Shown: positions 1 to 10,626, counted from the first letter of the stretch. The stretch is 64,000 nt of DNA from Candidatus Sulfomarinibacteraceae bacterium (GCA_963733915.1 CAVTEP010000011.1:106388-170387), one strand, 5' to 3'. Numbers and translations: made by a program. Notes: generated from the sequence alone by a model not told the origin.

Positions 1-26
1 ATCATCGCGATCTCCGTCTTTGACAC
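1..26 (-). CDS. Possible 5' end of a gene running off the window (MSKTEIAM...)
   Basis: GTG at 26 preceded by GGAGG on the minus strand; only about 8 codons visible. Confidence 0.35.
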
Positions 27-124
27 CAAATCCTCCACGACCAAAATGATTCAACCGTGGACAACTTGTCCGCAACCCCCCGAAAGGTAACTATCGACTC
101 GCCGGTGGAACGCAACCGCCGGAC

Positions 125-262
125 AACGTTTGAACGTCAGGACGTTTAACGTCAAAACGTTCCGTCCGCCCTCCCCGGCTACGCTACACCGTCCAAGGTC
201 GCATGGTGAATCAACAAAACGTTCTAACGTTCTAACGTTTCAACGTTTCAACGTTTCAACGT
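125..262. repeat. AACGTT-core 8-mer tandem repeats, two clusters
   Basis: tgaacgtcaggacgtttaacgtcaaaacgtt (about 125-162) and aacgttctaacgttctaacgtttcaacgtttcaacgtttcaacg (about 218-262). Confidence 0.85.
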
Positions 263-265
263 GGC

Positions 266-1402
266 CTATGGTTCCTCGCCCCGCAAGAGTCGATCAACCA
301 TCGCCGGGAACCACATGCCGTCCGGGACCTGGACCAACCACCCGTTGACAAAGTAGGTCGGCGTCGCACGTACCCCCATCCCGTGGCCGAGGCTCATCTG
401 TTCGTGTACAGCCTCGATCGAGGGCTTCCGCAGATAACAGTCCAGAAAAGCGGTTTCATCGAGATCGTGTCCGTTGACGAAATCGATCGAGGTCGGGGTG
501 ACGAGCTCGACCTCCATGTCCCGTTGCAAGGCGTAAAACGACTCCTTGAAGGCAACCAAGGTCTGTGGATCCTGTTGTGCGACGCACCATGAGGCGCAGG
601 CGGCGCGAAACGCCCACGGGTGGATCATGGTCAAAGGAAAGCTCACCAGACCGTGGCGAATGGCGTCCGGGTTTTTGCTCAACACCGCATTGACGATCGG
701 CCATTTGCTCTTGCAGGCCGGACACTCGAGGTCCGAGAACTCTACGATCTCGACCTTGGCCTTCTCGCTGACCCCGTTGTCCCACAGCACGAAAGGGTTG
801 CTCGCCAGGTACTTGCGCCGGTAGGCCACCGGATCCTCGTTCAACGGCATGTCGTCGCCCATGACCACGAACTTGCCGTCGGTCGTCACCGCGGCCCGCC
901 GCCGATAGCTGCCGTAGCCGGTGTCGATGAGGAGCTCGAGCGGCATCATGGACCCCGGAGCTCGTGGCCCGAGATCCCACTCCACCTTGACCTTGAGGTT
1001 CATGCTCGACTGGAGGGCGTCCTGGAGAAAGGTCGAGAGGAAGGTTCGCAGGGCTTCCGGTCCGGCGCCGGCGTCCTGAAATGGGGGCAGCTGGCCGATT
1101 CCGCCGAGCCACACGGTATTGGCATTTTCGTCAACCAGTACCGGCGTCCTCCCGGTCAACATCTGGCTCGCGCATGTGCGCTCGACCTCCACAAGGCGGT
1201 ACGATCCGGACGGGGTCTGGTAGCGCTCGTTCTTGACCAGCCGAAAGGTGGAGTTCGGATACCAGGGGATGACCCGCTCGACGAATCGCATCACCTTTGG
1301 CGCGGGCTCCGGCTGACTCGCTTCGTCGGCGCCGACCGCCGGGCCGACCGCCAGCATCACAGTGACCACCGCCGCAATATTTCGACACAGTCTCAGCCTC
1401 AT
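266..1402 (-). CDS. Secreted DsbA/thioredoxin-fold protein with an N-terminal extension
   Basis: Signal peptide; EFSDLECPAC (CxxC), FPL..HPWA and GVRATPTYFVNG (cis-Pro loop). Confidence 0.85.
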   Translation of the reverse strand: MRLRLCRNIAAVVTVMLAVGPAVGADEASQPEPAPKVMRFVERVIPWYPNSTFRLVKNERYQTPSGSYRLVEVERTCASQMLTGRTPVLVDENANTVWLGGIGQLPPFQDAGAGPEALRTFLSTFLQDALQSSMNLKVKVEWDLGPRAPGSMMPLELLIDTGYGSYRRRAAVTTDGKFVVMGDDMPLNEDPVAYRRKYLASNPFVLWDNGVSEKAKVEIVEFSDLECPACKSKWPIVNAVLSKNPDAIRHGLVSFPLTMIHPWAFRAACASWCVAQQDPQTLVAFKESFYALQRDMEVELVTPTSIDFVNGHDLDETAFLDCYLRKPSIEAVHEQMSLGHGMGVRATPTYFVNGWLVQVPDGMWFPAMVDRLLRGEEP

Positions 1403-1444
1403 TCAAATCTCCCACTGAAATTGTAACAGCGAAGCCCGTACCGA

Positions 1445-2512
1445 CTACGCTTCTTCGACTGCCTCGACGGTCTCGGTATCGACCATCTCAGATTTCTTTT
1501 TGGCGCCGGCAGCGCCCGCCAGCAAACCGAGCATCTCGCGCAGCTTGACCTCGATCTCACCGGCCATTTCCGGGTTTTCAGCCAGGAAGGCCCGCGCCGC
1601 CTCACGACCCTGACCGATGCGGGTCTCGCCGTAGGAGTACCAGGATCCCGATTTTTGCACCAACCGTTGCTCGACTCCGAGATCGAGCAGTTCGCCGGTG
1701 AAGGAGATGCCTTCGCCATAGAGAATGTCGAACTCGGCAACCTTGAAGGGCGCCGCAACCTTGTTCTTGGCAACCTTGGCCTTGGTACGGTTGCCGACAA
1801 CCTTGTCGCCCTGCTTGATCGAGCTGGTGCGCCGAATGTCGATGCGCACCGACGAATAGAACTTGAGCGCTCGACCACCGGTCGTGGTCTCCGGGTTGCC
1901 GAACATGACCCCGATCTTCTCCCGCACCTGATTGATGAAGATGAGGCTGGTGTTCGACTTGGAGACGATACCGGCAAGCTTGCGGAGGGCCTGCGACATG
2001 AGGCGTGCCTGGAGGCCCATCTGAGCATCTCCCATGTCGCCTTCGAGCTCGGCACGGGGCACCAGTGCCGCCACCGAATCGACGACGATCGCGTCCACCG
2101 ATCCCGAGCGGATCAGGGTCTCGGCGATCTCCAGCGCCTGTTCGCCAAAGTCGGGTTGGGAAATCAAGAGCTCGTCGAGGTTGACCCCGAGGGCGCCGGC
2201 ATACTCCGGGTCGAGCGCGTGCTCGGCGTCGATGAACGCCACCAGCCCGCCCGCCTTCTGAGCGTTGGCGATGATGTGGAGGGCGAGGGTCGTTTTGCCC
2301 GACGATTCGGGCCCGTAAATCTCGATCACACGGCCGCGAGGTACGCCGCCGATGCCGAGCGCAATATCAAGGCTCAACGATCCCGTGGGAATCACGTTGA
2401 CCTTCATCTGCGGCCGGTCGCCGAGACGCATGACCGATCCCTTGCCGAACTGACGTTCGATCTGACCGATGGCGGTCTCCAATGCCTTCATTTTGTCGGC
2501 CTTCTGAGTCAT
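1445..2512 (-). CDS. recA: Recombinase RecA
   Basis: GPESSGKTT Walker [51 protein letters not shown]. Confidence 0.99.
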   Translation of the reverse strand: MTQKADKMKALETAIGQIERQFGKGSVMRLGDRPQMKVNVIPTGSLSLDIALGIGGVPRGRVIEIYGPESSGKTTLALHIIANAQKAGGLVAFIDAEHALDPEYAGALGVNLDELLISQPDFGEQALEIAETLIRSGSVDAIVVDSVAALVPRAELEGDMGDAQMGLQARLMSQALRKLAGIVSKSNTSLIFINQVREKIGVMFGNPETTTGGRALKFYSSVRIDIRRTSSIKQGDKVVGNRTKAKVAKNKVAAPFKVAEFDILYGEGISFTGELLDLGVEQRLVQKSGSWYSYGETRIGQGREAARAFLAENPEMAGEIEVKLREMLGLLAGAAGAKKKSEMVDTETVEAVEEA

Positions 2513-2579
2513 CAGAATCTCCTTACTGCGGATGCAGCGTGGTGGGACCCAAACATCCTAGGGTCCCCGGCACGGTGCG

Positions 2580-4820
2580 TCAAGGACCATCGCCTTGCGG
2601 CTCGAACGCAATTTCCGACAGCACCACGCCGAGAGCCCTCGAATCGTTGCCGCCGACCGCCGCCGGCACGAAGGGATCGCTGAGAATTTCGACCTCAACC
2701 CGATCGTTGACCGTCTCGCCCGGCAGCACCTCGATTTCGACGGTCTCCTCCCGGGTCCCGATGTCGAGCGGCCCGGCGGCCACCCGTCCGGCCACCTTGA
2801 GCACCGTCCGCGGCGAGCTCGGACGTGGCGCCCACACCCGGAACCGGAGCCGACCGGTCCCGCCCGGAGACCGCAAAACCGCCCGCGGTGCCAGCCAGGC
2901 GCCCTCGCCGTGGTCGGCAAAGCTCTCCACGCCGTACATCCCTTCGATTTCGATCTGCAGGGCCTCCCGCCGCAGCCTTCGGCCAACCGGCCAATCCCAG
3001 CCGGCGCCGGAATCTGTCGCCCGCATCTCATAGAGCTCATAGAGCTGCACCGCCAGCAGTCGTTCGTCCCCGATGCCGGGCCGGAAGGGCTCGGCGCGGG
3101 TCAACCGCAGCTCGGACACCCGGCCGACCACCGTCGCGGGTATTTTGAACCAACGTCGCTGCTCGTCGCCTTGGTCGGCGACGCGAGCGATCTCCACCCC
3201 GTCGATCTCGATCACCACCGGCGCTCGCCCCGGGGCCGGGCGAAGCGCGATTCCGAGCATCGAGTCCTCAGCCATCGGCGGCAACAGCATCACGGTTTCG
3301 ACTCCTCCCCACATAAAGACCCGGCCGCTCGAGTCGCGCTCGGCGGGCCACCAGCCGGAGAGCGGAAGCGGTGCGTCCTCGATGACCCAGGCCTCGAGAA
3401 AACGGTCCTGGGTCAGGGGTCTGAGCCCCTTGGACACGCCTCCCCAATACAGTTCTCGGCCGAGCAACGGGTCCGGGTAGAGATGGCGGTGGACCGTCGC
3501 CAGGACCCACGGGCCGTCAGCGCCGGACCATCCTCCCGGATCCCAAGGCGACAGCACCCACCGCGGGTTGGACCGCCCCCGCCGATCCTCGAGGTGCCAC
3601 AGGTACGAGGCGAAGGGATAAAGCTCGGGCTCGAGCACAACCGTCTGTCCGGAGGCCAGGCCCGTTTCCCGCGCCTCGCGGACCGCGCTCCAGGCCGGAA
3701 ACTCATTGTTGTGCTGCTCCATCAGCAGCGGCAGGCTGCCGTGCCCGAGCCAACCCGCCAAGGCAACGAGACCCGCCAACCCCACGCTCGCGGGCGCGGC
3801 GGTGGCGGCTGCCGCGACCAGCGGCGCCAGCGCCATCTGCACCCCCACGGCGTAGCGGGTGCCGGTGCGGCCCTGCAGCCACATCATCTGAGCCAGCGCG
3901 GCCGCGAGCACGAAGGCCCACACCCATGCGCCCGGCCGGCCGGCTCGGCGCGCCCATACCACGACTCCGACCACGGCCGCCAGCAACAGGAGCGTGGCCG
4001 GTACGACGCCGCCCAGACCCTTGACGAGGCCGAGCTCCGCAAACCCTCCGGCATTGCCGCCGAGGCGATCGGCGTGATGCTGCGTGTGAAGAATGAATGG
4101 TGCGACGAAGGCGTCCCACCCTCCTTCGGCACGCACCATTACGGCCACCGCCAACGCGACCGCAGCGGTGCCCGCCAGAACCCCGGGTACGAGCCGCTGA
4201 CGCGGTCGGACCCCGAGGGCGACCCCGAGCCACAAAGCCGCCAGGGTCGGCAGCAAATTGGGCCGGATGAGGAATGAGGCGGTCACCAGGAGGCTGAACG
4301 CGGTCGGTCGACGGCCCTCGAGCCCGCCAGCAGCGACCGCCGCCGCGGCCAGGGCGAAGACCGCCGCCGGGGTCGAGGAAAACCCCCGCACTGCGAATAG
4401 CCATGGGCCCGGGGCCATCAGCACTACCAGCGCCGCGGCCACCGCCACCGCCGGTGGCGCCGCCTGGCGACCAAGAGCGGCGAGCAGCCACAGCGCAACC
4501 ACCGACAGCGCCGCCGAGGCGAGCTGCAAGGCCAGCAGCGGGTCACCGGTCAGCAGGTTGACGACCTGACCGATGGCCAGCCAGCCCGGAAAGCCGGGCG
4601 GGTGCGGAAAGTGTGCCGCAAGCTCGAACTTGAGGATGCCGCGCGCAAAGATGGTTTCGTCCCACTCCCAGGGACCGTTGGCGAGGAGCCCGAACCGGGA
4701 CCATGCCACCACCAGGCCCACCACCGAGGTCAACAGGCAGTCGAGAAGCCGGTTCGGGAACCGAAAGAGCAGCAGGCATGCAAAGCTTCGGTCGGGCAGC
4801 GAGAGCGCTTCTGAGTTCAC
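2580..4820 (-). CDS. Multi-pass membrane protein (GT-C glycosyltransferase-like) with C-terminal extracytoplasmic beta domains
   Basis: WEWDE..F and HFPHPPGFP motifs after TM1, many TM helices; GTG at 4820 overlaps the upstream stop (GTGA). Confidence 0.6.
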   Translation of the reverse strand: MNSEALSLPDRSFACLLLFRFPNRLLDCLLTSVVGLVVAWSRFGLLANGPWEWDETIFARGILKFELAAHFPHPPGFPGWLAIGQVVNLLTGDPLLALQLASAALSVVALWLLAALGRQAAPPAVAVAAALVVLMAPGPWLFAVRGFSSTPAAVFALAAAAVAAGGLEGRRPTAFSLLVTASFLIRPNLLPTLAALWLGVALGVRPRQRLVPGVLAGTAAVALAVAVMVRAEGGWDAFVAPFILHTQHHADRLGGNAGGFAELGLVKGLGGVVPATLLLLAAVVGVVVWARRAGRPGAWVWAFVLAAALAQMMWLQGRTGTRYAVGVQMALAPLVAAAATAAPASVGLAGLVALAGWLGHGSLPLLMEQHNNEFPAWSAVREARETGLASGQTVVLEPELYPFASYLWHLEDRRGRSNPRWVLSPWDPGGWSGADGPWVLATVHRHLYPDPLLGRELYWGGVSKGLRPLTQDRFLEAWVIEDAPLPLSGWWPAERDSSGRVFMWGGVETVMLLPPMAEDSMLGIALRPAPGRAPVVIEIDGVEIARVADQGDEQRRWFKIPATVVGRVSELRLTRAEPFRPGIGDERLLAVQLYELYEMRATDSGAGWDWPVGRRLRREALQIEIEGMYGVESFADHGEGAWLAPRAVLRSPGGTGRLRFRVWAPRPSSPRTVLKVAGRVAAGPLDIGTREETVEIEVLPGETVNDRVEVEILSDPFVPAAVGGNDSRALGVVLSEIAFEPQGDGP

Positions 4821-7597
4821 CGGCCGTTCTCCAGTTTGTTGCCGAGCGCCTCGTGGATCCTCTGTTGGAGATCGTGCTCGAGCACCAGCGTCGACACCAC
4901 CTCGGTGCGCGCCGCAGCCGCAAACCCGGGCGCGCACTCACTCGGCGGCACCGCGGTCATCGAGGCGAGCTCGATGCACTCGCCGCCTTCGAGCGAGCCA
5001 TCCCCCTGAAGAAAGAGGTGGGTGCCGTCACGCCAGCAGTTGTACTCCCCCACCACCGGCCCGTCGCCCGGTGTCCCGAGAAGATTGCGGCCGATAAAGG
5101 CATAGGGCGCGGGATCGATGCCGAGCAGGGCGAGCAGTGTCGGTGCGACATCGGTGTGGCCCGCCTCAATCCGCCGTTCACCGGGCAGATCGCCGCGTCC
5201 GGGCACCCGGATGAACAACGGCACCTCCTGGCTCAGGTACCAGCCAACCTTGTCGTAGCGCGCGCCCATCGCCGCCGCAATCTCAGACCGCCACGGGAAT
5301 CCGGCATCATGGTCCCCCCACACCGCGATCACGGTGTTGGCGGCGAGGCCCCGTCGCTCGAGATCGGCGACAAAGCCGGCCAGCGATGAGTCAAAGAAAT
5401 GCATGGTGTGAAGAAACGAGCCAAACGGTGTGCCACGCCAGGGTCCCACGTCGATGGCCTCGAAGTGGGTCGGGAAACCATCGAAAGGGTGGTGCAACGA
5501 CAGGGTCAACAGGTAGGCCGCAAACGGCTGCGCGGTCGATGCCAGCCGCTCCGACGCCTGATACAGGAAATCGCGGTCCGAGAGACCCCAACCGACGTTT
5601 TCCCCGGCTTCAAAATCTCCGACGAAGAGACTTCCCGCAAATCCGTAGGACGGGTGCGTCCGGCGACGGTTCCAAAACGACCCGTTGTACGGGACCGCCG
5701 AGAAAGTGGTGTAGCCGTGCGCGGCCAGCACCTCCGCAAGTCCTGTGAAATCGTTGCCGGCGAAACGGAAGGCCGCGGCGCCGCCGGCCATCGGCAGTAA
5801 CGAAACCTGGGTCGTGAGCTCGCTGTCCGAGGATCTACCCTGTCCCGTCTGGTCGGTGAGGTTCGAGAACCACAACGCCTCTCTCGTCCATCGGTTGAGA
5901 AACGGGGTCACCTCCTGGCCCCCGACCTCGAGACCAATCACGAAGGTCTGTAGGCTCTCCACCTGCACCATGACCAGATTGGCGCCGGCCGCCGCCCCGA
6001 AATCGGGACCGACACCAGCGCGCAGCGGCGCCCGCTCTCGAAACCACCCCACCGTCCCGTCGAATCCCTCCCGGTCGAGTCCGGGGGAGAAGAACCGTTG
6101 GTCGAGTGAGCGGCCGAGGTCGAGGGCGTGGAGGTTGAGGACGCCGATTTCTTCGGCGACCGCGACGCGAAGAAAGACCTGCCGCACGAGGGCCGGCTGA
6201 GCAAGGGCCAGCCGGACCGCTGCCGCCGCACCGAGCACCACGATCGTGATCAGGACGACCGGCAACCAACGCCCGGAGCGGGGTTGAGCTCGTTTTCGCA
6301 GGCCGGTGGCCACCAGCGCGAGGACGATGCCGGGCACGAGGTCCGCCCACAACCAGACGTCGCCCGGTCCAAGGAGCTCGTGCACGCTCGCCGCCACCTC
6401 ATCCAGTTGGCCGGCTCCGGCGAGAGCTTCTGGAGAGGGGAGATCGCCAAAGAACCGCAGGTAGACTCCGTCCGCCCACAGCACCATGGTGAGAGCGGCC
6501 GAAAATCCCCAGCACGCTGGGCCGCGAAAGCGCTCCGGCACGACCCACGTGACGAGCACCACGGCCGCCGCCCCGGCCCAGATCATCAGCCAGCCGGAAA
6601 TGGTCGGGCCGCGGTCGACGGCGGCGAGCACGAAACCCTGTTTGACCGCGATCGCAGCCATGCACCACAGGCTGTCGCCGGCTGCGAAAAGAACCACCAA
6701 CGGTCGCGGCGCGTCGCGACGCGAGACGGAAACTGCGGCGGCGGCGGCGAGGAGCGCCAGCGCCGCCCACACCCTCGGATCGGCGCCCACATCGGGTGTC
6801 ACGAGCACGCTGTGCATCGATGGTGGGTCCGGCATGCGTTCCGAGAACCAGCACACTCCCTCCTCGACCAGGTCCAACCGAAAGCGATGGCGTCCCGCTG
6901 TGGGTGGGGCATGGACCACCACCGTAACGGTCGCCGTTTCGCCCGCTTCGACCTCGTGCGGCAACCGGCTCCGTCGACCCTCCCAACCGGTTTTTTCACT
7001 GTCGTGGTCGAGCCAGTGGTAGGAGACCGCAAAGCTCCCATCGGCGAGCCAGGTCGTGGCGCCTTCGTTTTTCACCACGACCGTGAGCGCGGAATCGGAC
7101 CCGGCCGCCATCACCAGCGGCGGGTCCGCTTCGACGACCGAAAAGGCATGACTCGCGCGAACCGTTACCAGAGCGTCGGAATCCGACGGCGGGCCGGTTT
7201 CGGAGAGCCACATAACCCCCTCTTGGACGACATCCCAACGCAGCAGATAGTCCCCGGGCCGGCGCGGCCCCTCGACGGTGGCAATGAGCTCGACTGCTTC
7301 GCCCGGTGGCACCGGGTCTGGAAAGGGCGTCCGACGACCGTCCCACAGAGCGACCTCGCCCGACGGGTTCAGCCAATGGTAGGAGAGCGCGAAACCATCG
7401 CCCGGAGCCCAGATCAGGGCCCCGTCGTTGGCCACCATCAAGGGCACGGCGACCTGTGTGCCCGCGTCGAGGACCGCCGGGAGGGCCTGGCGGTGGACGA
7501 TGAGCTGGGGTTTCGGGGGAACTCCGTCAGCCGCGGCCGCGGCAACGGCACCCGACGAAAGTGCAAGAAAACCGATGAGCCTCCGGCGCCATCCCAT
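4817..7597 (-). CDS. LTA synthase-family (sulfatase-like) membrane protein with two N-terminal Ig-like repeats
   Basis: NLVMVQVESLQ, GQGRSSDSE, TLSLHHPF, WGDHD; duplicated N.G...W.....LSYHWL...W.GRR modules at the N-terminus. Confidence 0.85.
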   Translation of the reverse strand: MGWRRRLIGFLALSSGAVAAAAADGVPPKPQLIVHRQALPAVLDAGTQVAVPLMVANDGALIWAPGDGFALSYHWLNPSGEVALWDGRRTPFPDPVPPGEAVELIATVEGPRRPGDYLLRWDVVQEGVMWLSETGPPSDSDALVTVRASHAFSVVEADPPLVMAAGSDSALTVVVKNEGATTWLADGSFAVSYHWLDHDSEKTGWEGRRSRLPHEVEAGETATVTVVVHAPPTAGRHRFRLDLVEEGVCWFSERMPDPPSMHSVLVTPDVGADPRVWAALALLAAAAAVSVSRRDAPRPLVVLFAAGDSLWCMAAIAVKQGFVLAAVDRGPTISGWLMIWAGAAAVVLVTWVVPERFRGPACWGFSAALTMVLWADGVYLRFFGDLPSPEALAGAGQLDEVAASVHELLGPGDVWLWADLVPGIVLALVATGLRKRAQPRSGRWLPVVLITIVVLGAAAAVRLALAQPALVRQVFLRVAVAEEIGVLNLHALDLGRSLDQRFFSPGLDREGFDGTVGWFRERAPLRAGVGPDFGAAAGANLVMVQVESLQTFVIGLEVGGQEVTPFLNRWTREALWFSNLTDQTGQGRSSDSELTTQVSLLPMAGGAAAFRFAGNDFTGLAEVLAAHGYTTFSAVPYNGSFWNRRRTHPSYGFAGSLFVGDFEAGENVGWGLSDRDFLYQASERLASTAQPFAAYLLTLSLHHPFDGFPTHFEAIDVGPWRGTPFGSFLHTMHFFDSSLAGFVADLERRGLAANTVIAVWGDHDAGFPWRSEIAAAMGARYDKVGWYLSQEVPLFIRVPGRGDLPGERRIEAGHTDVAPTLLALLGIDPAPYAFIGRNLLGTPGDGPVVGEYNCWRDGTHLFLQGDGSLEGGECIELASMTAVPPSECAPGFAAAARTEVVSTLVLEHDLQQRIHEALGNKLENGR

Positions 7598-7636
7598 TTC
7601 CGGAGAGTATAGCGAGCGAGTCCTGCGAAGAGCCCC

Positions 7637-8152
7637 TCAGTCGACCGGGTAGCGCTCGTCGTAGATCTTGATCACCCGGTCCGTGATGTCGGACGATTCG
7701 GCCAGGTAGACAAGCGGTTGGGCATTGAGCACGAAGACAGCATCAAAGCCGTTGGCGGCTGCAAACTCGCTGGCCACGGCTCCGACCTGGGTGGCGACCT
7801 TGCCGAGGAACTCGTCCTGTTTGGCCTCGACCTCCCGGTTGAAGGCGCGCCCCGCATCCTCAAACTCGCGTCGGGCCTGGAGGAATTGCTGTTCGAGCTC
7901 TTGGACCGCTTCCGCCGAGGCCACGTTGCGCTGCGCATTGAGCTGCTGGTCGAGCTCCGCGGTCCGCGCCCGCAGCTGCTCGACCTGATCGCGCCGTGGC
8001 TTCACCCAGGCCTCGTAGGCCTGCATCTGCTTCTGGCCCTCTTTGACCGTCGCGACCGCACGTTCCGCATCAAGAAAGCCGATATTGCCGGCCGCGGCCG
8101 GGACCGCCACCAGCATCACCACCGGGACACACCAACGAACGAAGGCCCGCAT
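7637..8152 (-). CDS. skp: OmpH/Skp periplasmic chaperone
   Basis: Signal peptide, IGFLDAERA, coiled coil, C-terminal DITDRVI; ATG 8152 has a GGGAGG RBS. Confidence 0.85.
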   Translation of the reverse strand: MRAFVRWCVPVVMLVAVPAAAGNIGFLDAERAVATVKEGQKQMQAYEAWVKPRRDQVEQLRARTAELDQQLNAQRNVASAEAVQELEQQFLQARREFEDAGRAFNREVEAKQDEFLGKVATQVGAVASEFAAANGFDAVFVLNAQPLVYLAESSDITDRVIKIYDERYPVD

Positions 8153-8294
8153 GACTACCTCCCAAGAGCAGCCGTGGATTGTAACATGGGCGCGGTATTC
8201 GTCGGGCTCGACTCCAGGTTTTTTGGGGGGCCGAGTTAAACGACTGAACATTCAAATGTTAGATCGTTGGAAACGGCGCGGTACAATAAGAGCA

Positions 8295-9029
8295 GTGAGC
8301 GCGTCTCAATCCACGACCGAGCCGATCCGACTGCTGGTGGTCGAGGATGACCAACCGCTGGCGGATGGTCTGTGCCGTAACCTCGAGCTCGAGGGCATGT
8401 CGGTTCGTCACGTCGGCACCGGTGAGGCGGCCCTTCTCGAGCTCGCCGGAAACGCCTCCGACTTCGACCTGCTGATCCTCGACATCATGCTGCCGGGTAT
8501 CGACGGACTCGAGGTCTGCCGACGGCTGCGCAGCGAAGGCCGCCAGATCCCGATCCTCTTTCTCACCGCCCGCGGCAGCGACGCCGACAGGATCCTGGGT
8601 CTCCAACTCGGCGCCGACGACTACCTGACCAAACCATTCCTGGTCGAGGAACTCGTGTTGCGGGTACGCGGCATTCTGCGAAGGGCCGAGTGGTCGCGGA
8701 CACCGGCGCGCACCGGCCCGGTCGTGGCGGTCGGATCCTGCAGCGTCAACATGAACACCATGCGCGCCACAACATCGGCTGGAGATGTCCCACTGACCGA
8801 GCGGGAGGTGATGTTGGTGCGGTTTTTCTCCGAGAACGAGGGCCGGGTCCTGACCCGAGGCGAGCTCCTCGAGAGGGTCTGGGGCTACACCTTCGACACC
8901 TCCACCCGGACCCTCGACACGTTTGTCCACCGGCTGCGCAAGCACTTCGAGGAGGACCCTCGCAACCCACGGCACTTCCACACGGTCCGCGGGGTGGGAT
9001 ACCGGTTCACGTCAGAACCAGAGGATTGA
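8295..9029 (+). CDS. OmpR/PhoB-family response regulator
   Basis: VVEDD, LDIMLPG, LTAR, GADDYLTKPF receiver motifs; wHTH ending TVRGVGYRF. Confidence 0.95.
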   Translation: MSASQSTTEPIRLLVVEDDQPLADGLCRNLELEGMSVRHVGTGEAALLELAGNASDFDLLILDIMLPGIDGLEVCRRLRSEGRQIPILFLTARGSDADRILGLQLGADDYLTKPFLVEELVLRVRGILRRAEWSRTPARTGPVVAVGSCSVNMNTMRATTSAGDVPLTEREVMLVRFFSENEGRVLTRGELLERVWGYTFDTSTRTLDTFVHRLRKHFEEDPRNPRHFHTVRGVGYRFTSEPED

Positions 9030-9142
9030 ATCACTCCTCTTCTTCAATTCTCGGCCGGGGAATTTCGACTCGAGAGCGTTCATACCTCATGGCCGATGAT
9101 CGAAATTCAACGGCCGAGAATTGAACACATCGACCGCCCGTA

Positions 9143-10261
9143 TCACGGCCGGTCGATGCCCAGGTCCTTCATCTTTCTCCACAGCGTGACCCTGGAGATC
9201 CCGACGCGCTCGGCTGCCTCCTGCATCCTCCACCCACATCGTTCGAGAACCTCGCGCAGGACGCATTCTTCGAGCGCAGCCAAGGGGTTCGGCGCCTGTA
9301 ACAGCTCGTCCATCAACACCGTTCGATAGCCGTCCACTGGCAGGTGGTCTTCCTCAATGTAGTTACCGGCCACGGCGAGAGCCGTTTTCAGGACTCCCTC
9401 CAGGTGCTCCAATCCTCGGTCGCGCGCCAGCCGGGCGAGCTTTTCGAGGGCGCCAGGCGCCACCTTGGAGCCGGGGGCCAGCTCCTCGAGCCAGGTCACG
9501 ATCACCCGATCAAGATCTTCAGCCAGGTCAACGGCGGATGGCAGTATCAGAACCTCGAGCTCACCGAAGTCGATGTCGGCATCGCGGCTGCCGAAAATCA
9601 GGCGCCAACCCTCGGGCCGATCGGACTGCACGAGGCTCTGGACGTCATCGCCCCAGGCGTACGCGGTTCCCGGCGGCCACGGAACAATCTCCTCCCAGCT
9701 TCCGCCCCAGGAGTTGAAGAGGCTTTCCGGCATCTCCGAGAAACGGTGCAGGGCCCTCGCCACATCGCGACAAACCGGGGGTTCCCCAACCAGCAGAACA
9801 TCGGACCCCGAACGGGCGACTGCAGTCGCCCGAGTCCGGAGCTCGTGAGCGGCAATTGAGGAACCCGACATGAAAAAACCGGGCCGGGGATCGGTCGGTT
9901 TCAGGATCTCGACCGCCCCGTGGAACCCACCATCCTCGTTCGCCAGCGGAATGACGGTGACCCTGAGCGGCAGCGACCGTCCGTCGACCGTCTGGTAGAC
10001 TGTCGCGAAGTCCTCCACCCGGTCGAGGCCCGTGGTGAGTGCAAAGGTCAGGGGACAGGCATTGGCGCAGTCAACTCCGCGGGTGGTGAGTCGGCATCGC
10101 CCGCCGATCTCGTGCCCCTGCTCGTAACCGAGCAGACGCCGCGCCGCTTCGTTGACGTGACGGATAACACGATCGGCGTCGAGGACGATCACCGCCTCAT
10201 CCAGGTGATCGAGCACGCCAAACCACGTAGTCCCGACGAGATCCCCCGTTTGCGCAGTCAC
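9143..10261 (-). CDS. PAS + degenerate sigma54-activator domain + Fis-type HTH protein
   Basis: N-terminal PAS (VNEAARRLLGY); C-terminal AAERVGISRVTLWRKMK; no intact Walker A or GAFTGA. Confidence 0.75.
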   Translation of the reverse strand: MTAQTGDLVGTTWFGVLDHLDEAVIVLDADRVIRHVNEAARRLLGYEQGHEIGGRCRLTTRGVDCANACPLTFALTTGLDRVEDFATVYQTVDGRSLPLRVTVIPLANEDGGFHGAVEILKPTDPRPGFFMSGSSIAAHELRTRATAVARSGSDVLLVGEPPVCRDVARALHRFSEMPESLFNSWGGSWEEIVPWPPGTAYAWGDDVQSLVQSDRPEGWRLIFGSRDADIDFGELEVLILPSAVDLAEDLDRVIVTWLEELAPGSKVAPGALEKLARLARDRGLEHLEGVLKTALAVAGNYIEEDHLPVDGYRTVLMDELLQAPNPLAALEECVLREVLERCGWRMQEAAERVGISRVTLWRKMKDLGIDRP

Positions 10262-10346
10262 GCTCCTATAACAACGCGCGCGCCGGGGATATTCGCTTGT
10301 CGGCCGGCAAAACCGCCCACCGCACCCGAAATATCACTGTGCTCGC

Positions 10347-10562
10347 TCAGCGCTCGATGACGAAGCCCTCGTCGACCTCGGGCTCGGGCTCAGAAAAATA
10401 GAGGGCGGTATGTGCGATCGGCAAAAACATCGCGTGTCGCCTGCCTTTGATGGAAACCTCCATCTGATAGTAACCATTGGCGCCGATCGAGACCAGTGTC
10501 GCGGCGGTCCCCTTGGCATCAATCAGAGGACAATAGAAGGTCACCTTGCCGGGGATTTCCAT
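10347..10562 (-). CDS. Small hypothetical protein (71 aa)
   Basis: Strong RBS AAAGGAGGAG before ATG; protein-like composition. Confidence 0.7.
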   Translation of the reverse strand: MEIPGKVTFYCPLIDAKGTAATLVSIGANGYYQMEVSIKGRRHAMFLPIAHTALYFSEPEPEVDEGFVIER

Positions 10563-10626
10563 CGCGAGCTCCTCCTTTCAGGCCCTTCAATCTTATCACT
10601 TGCGGCATCGCCCGCACCCGCGCTCG

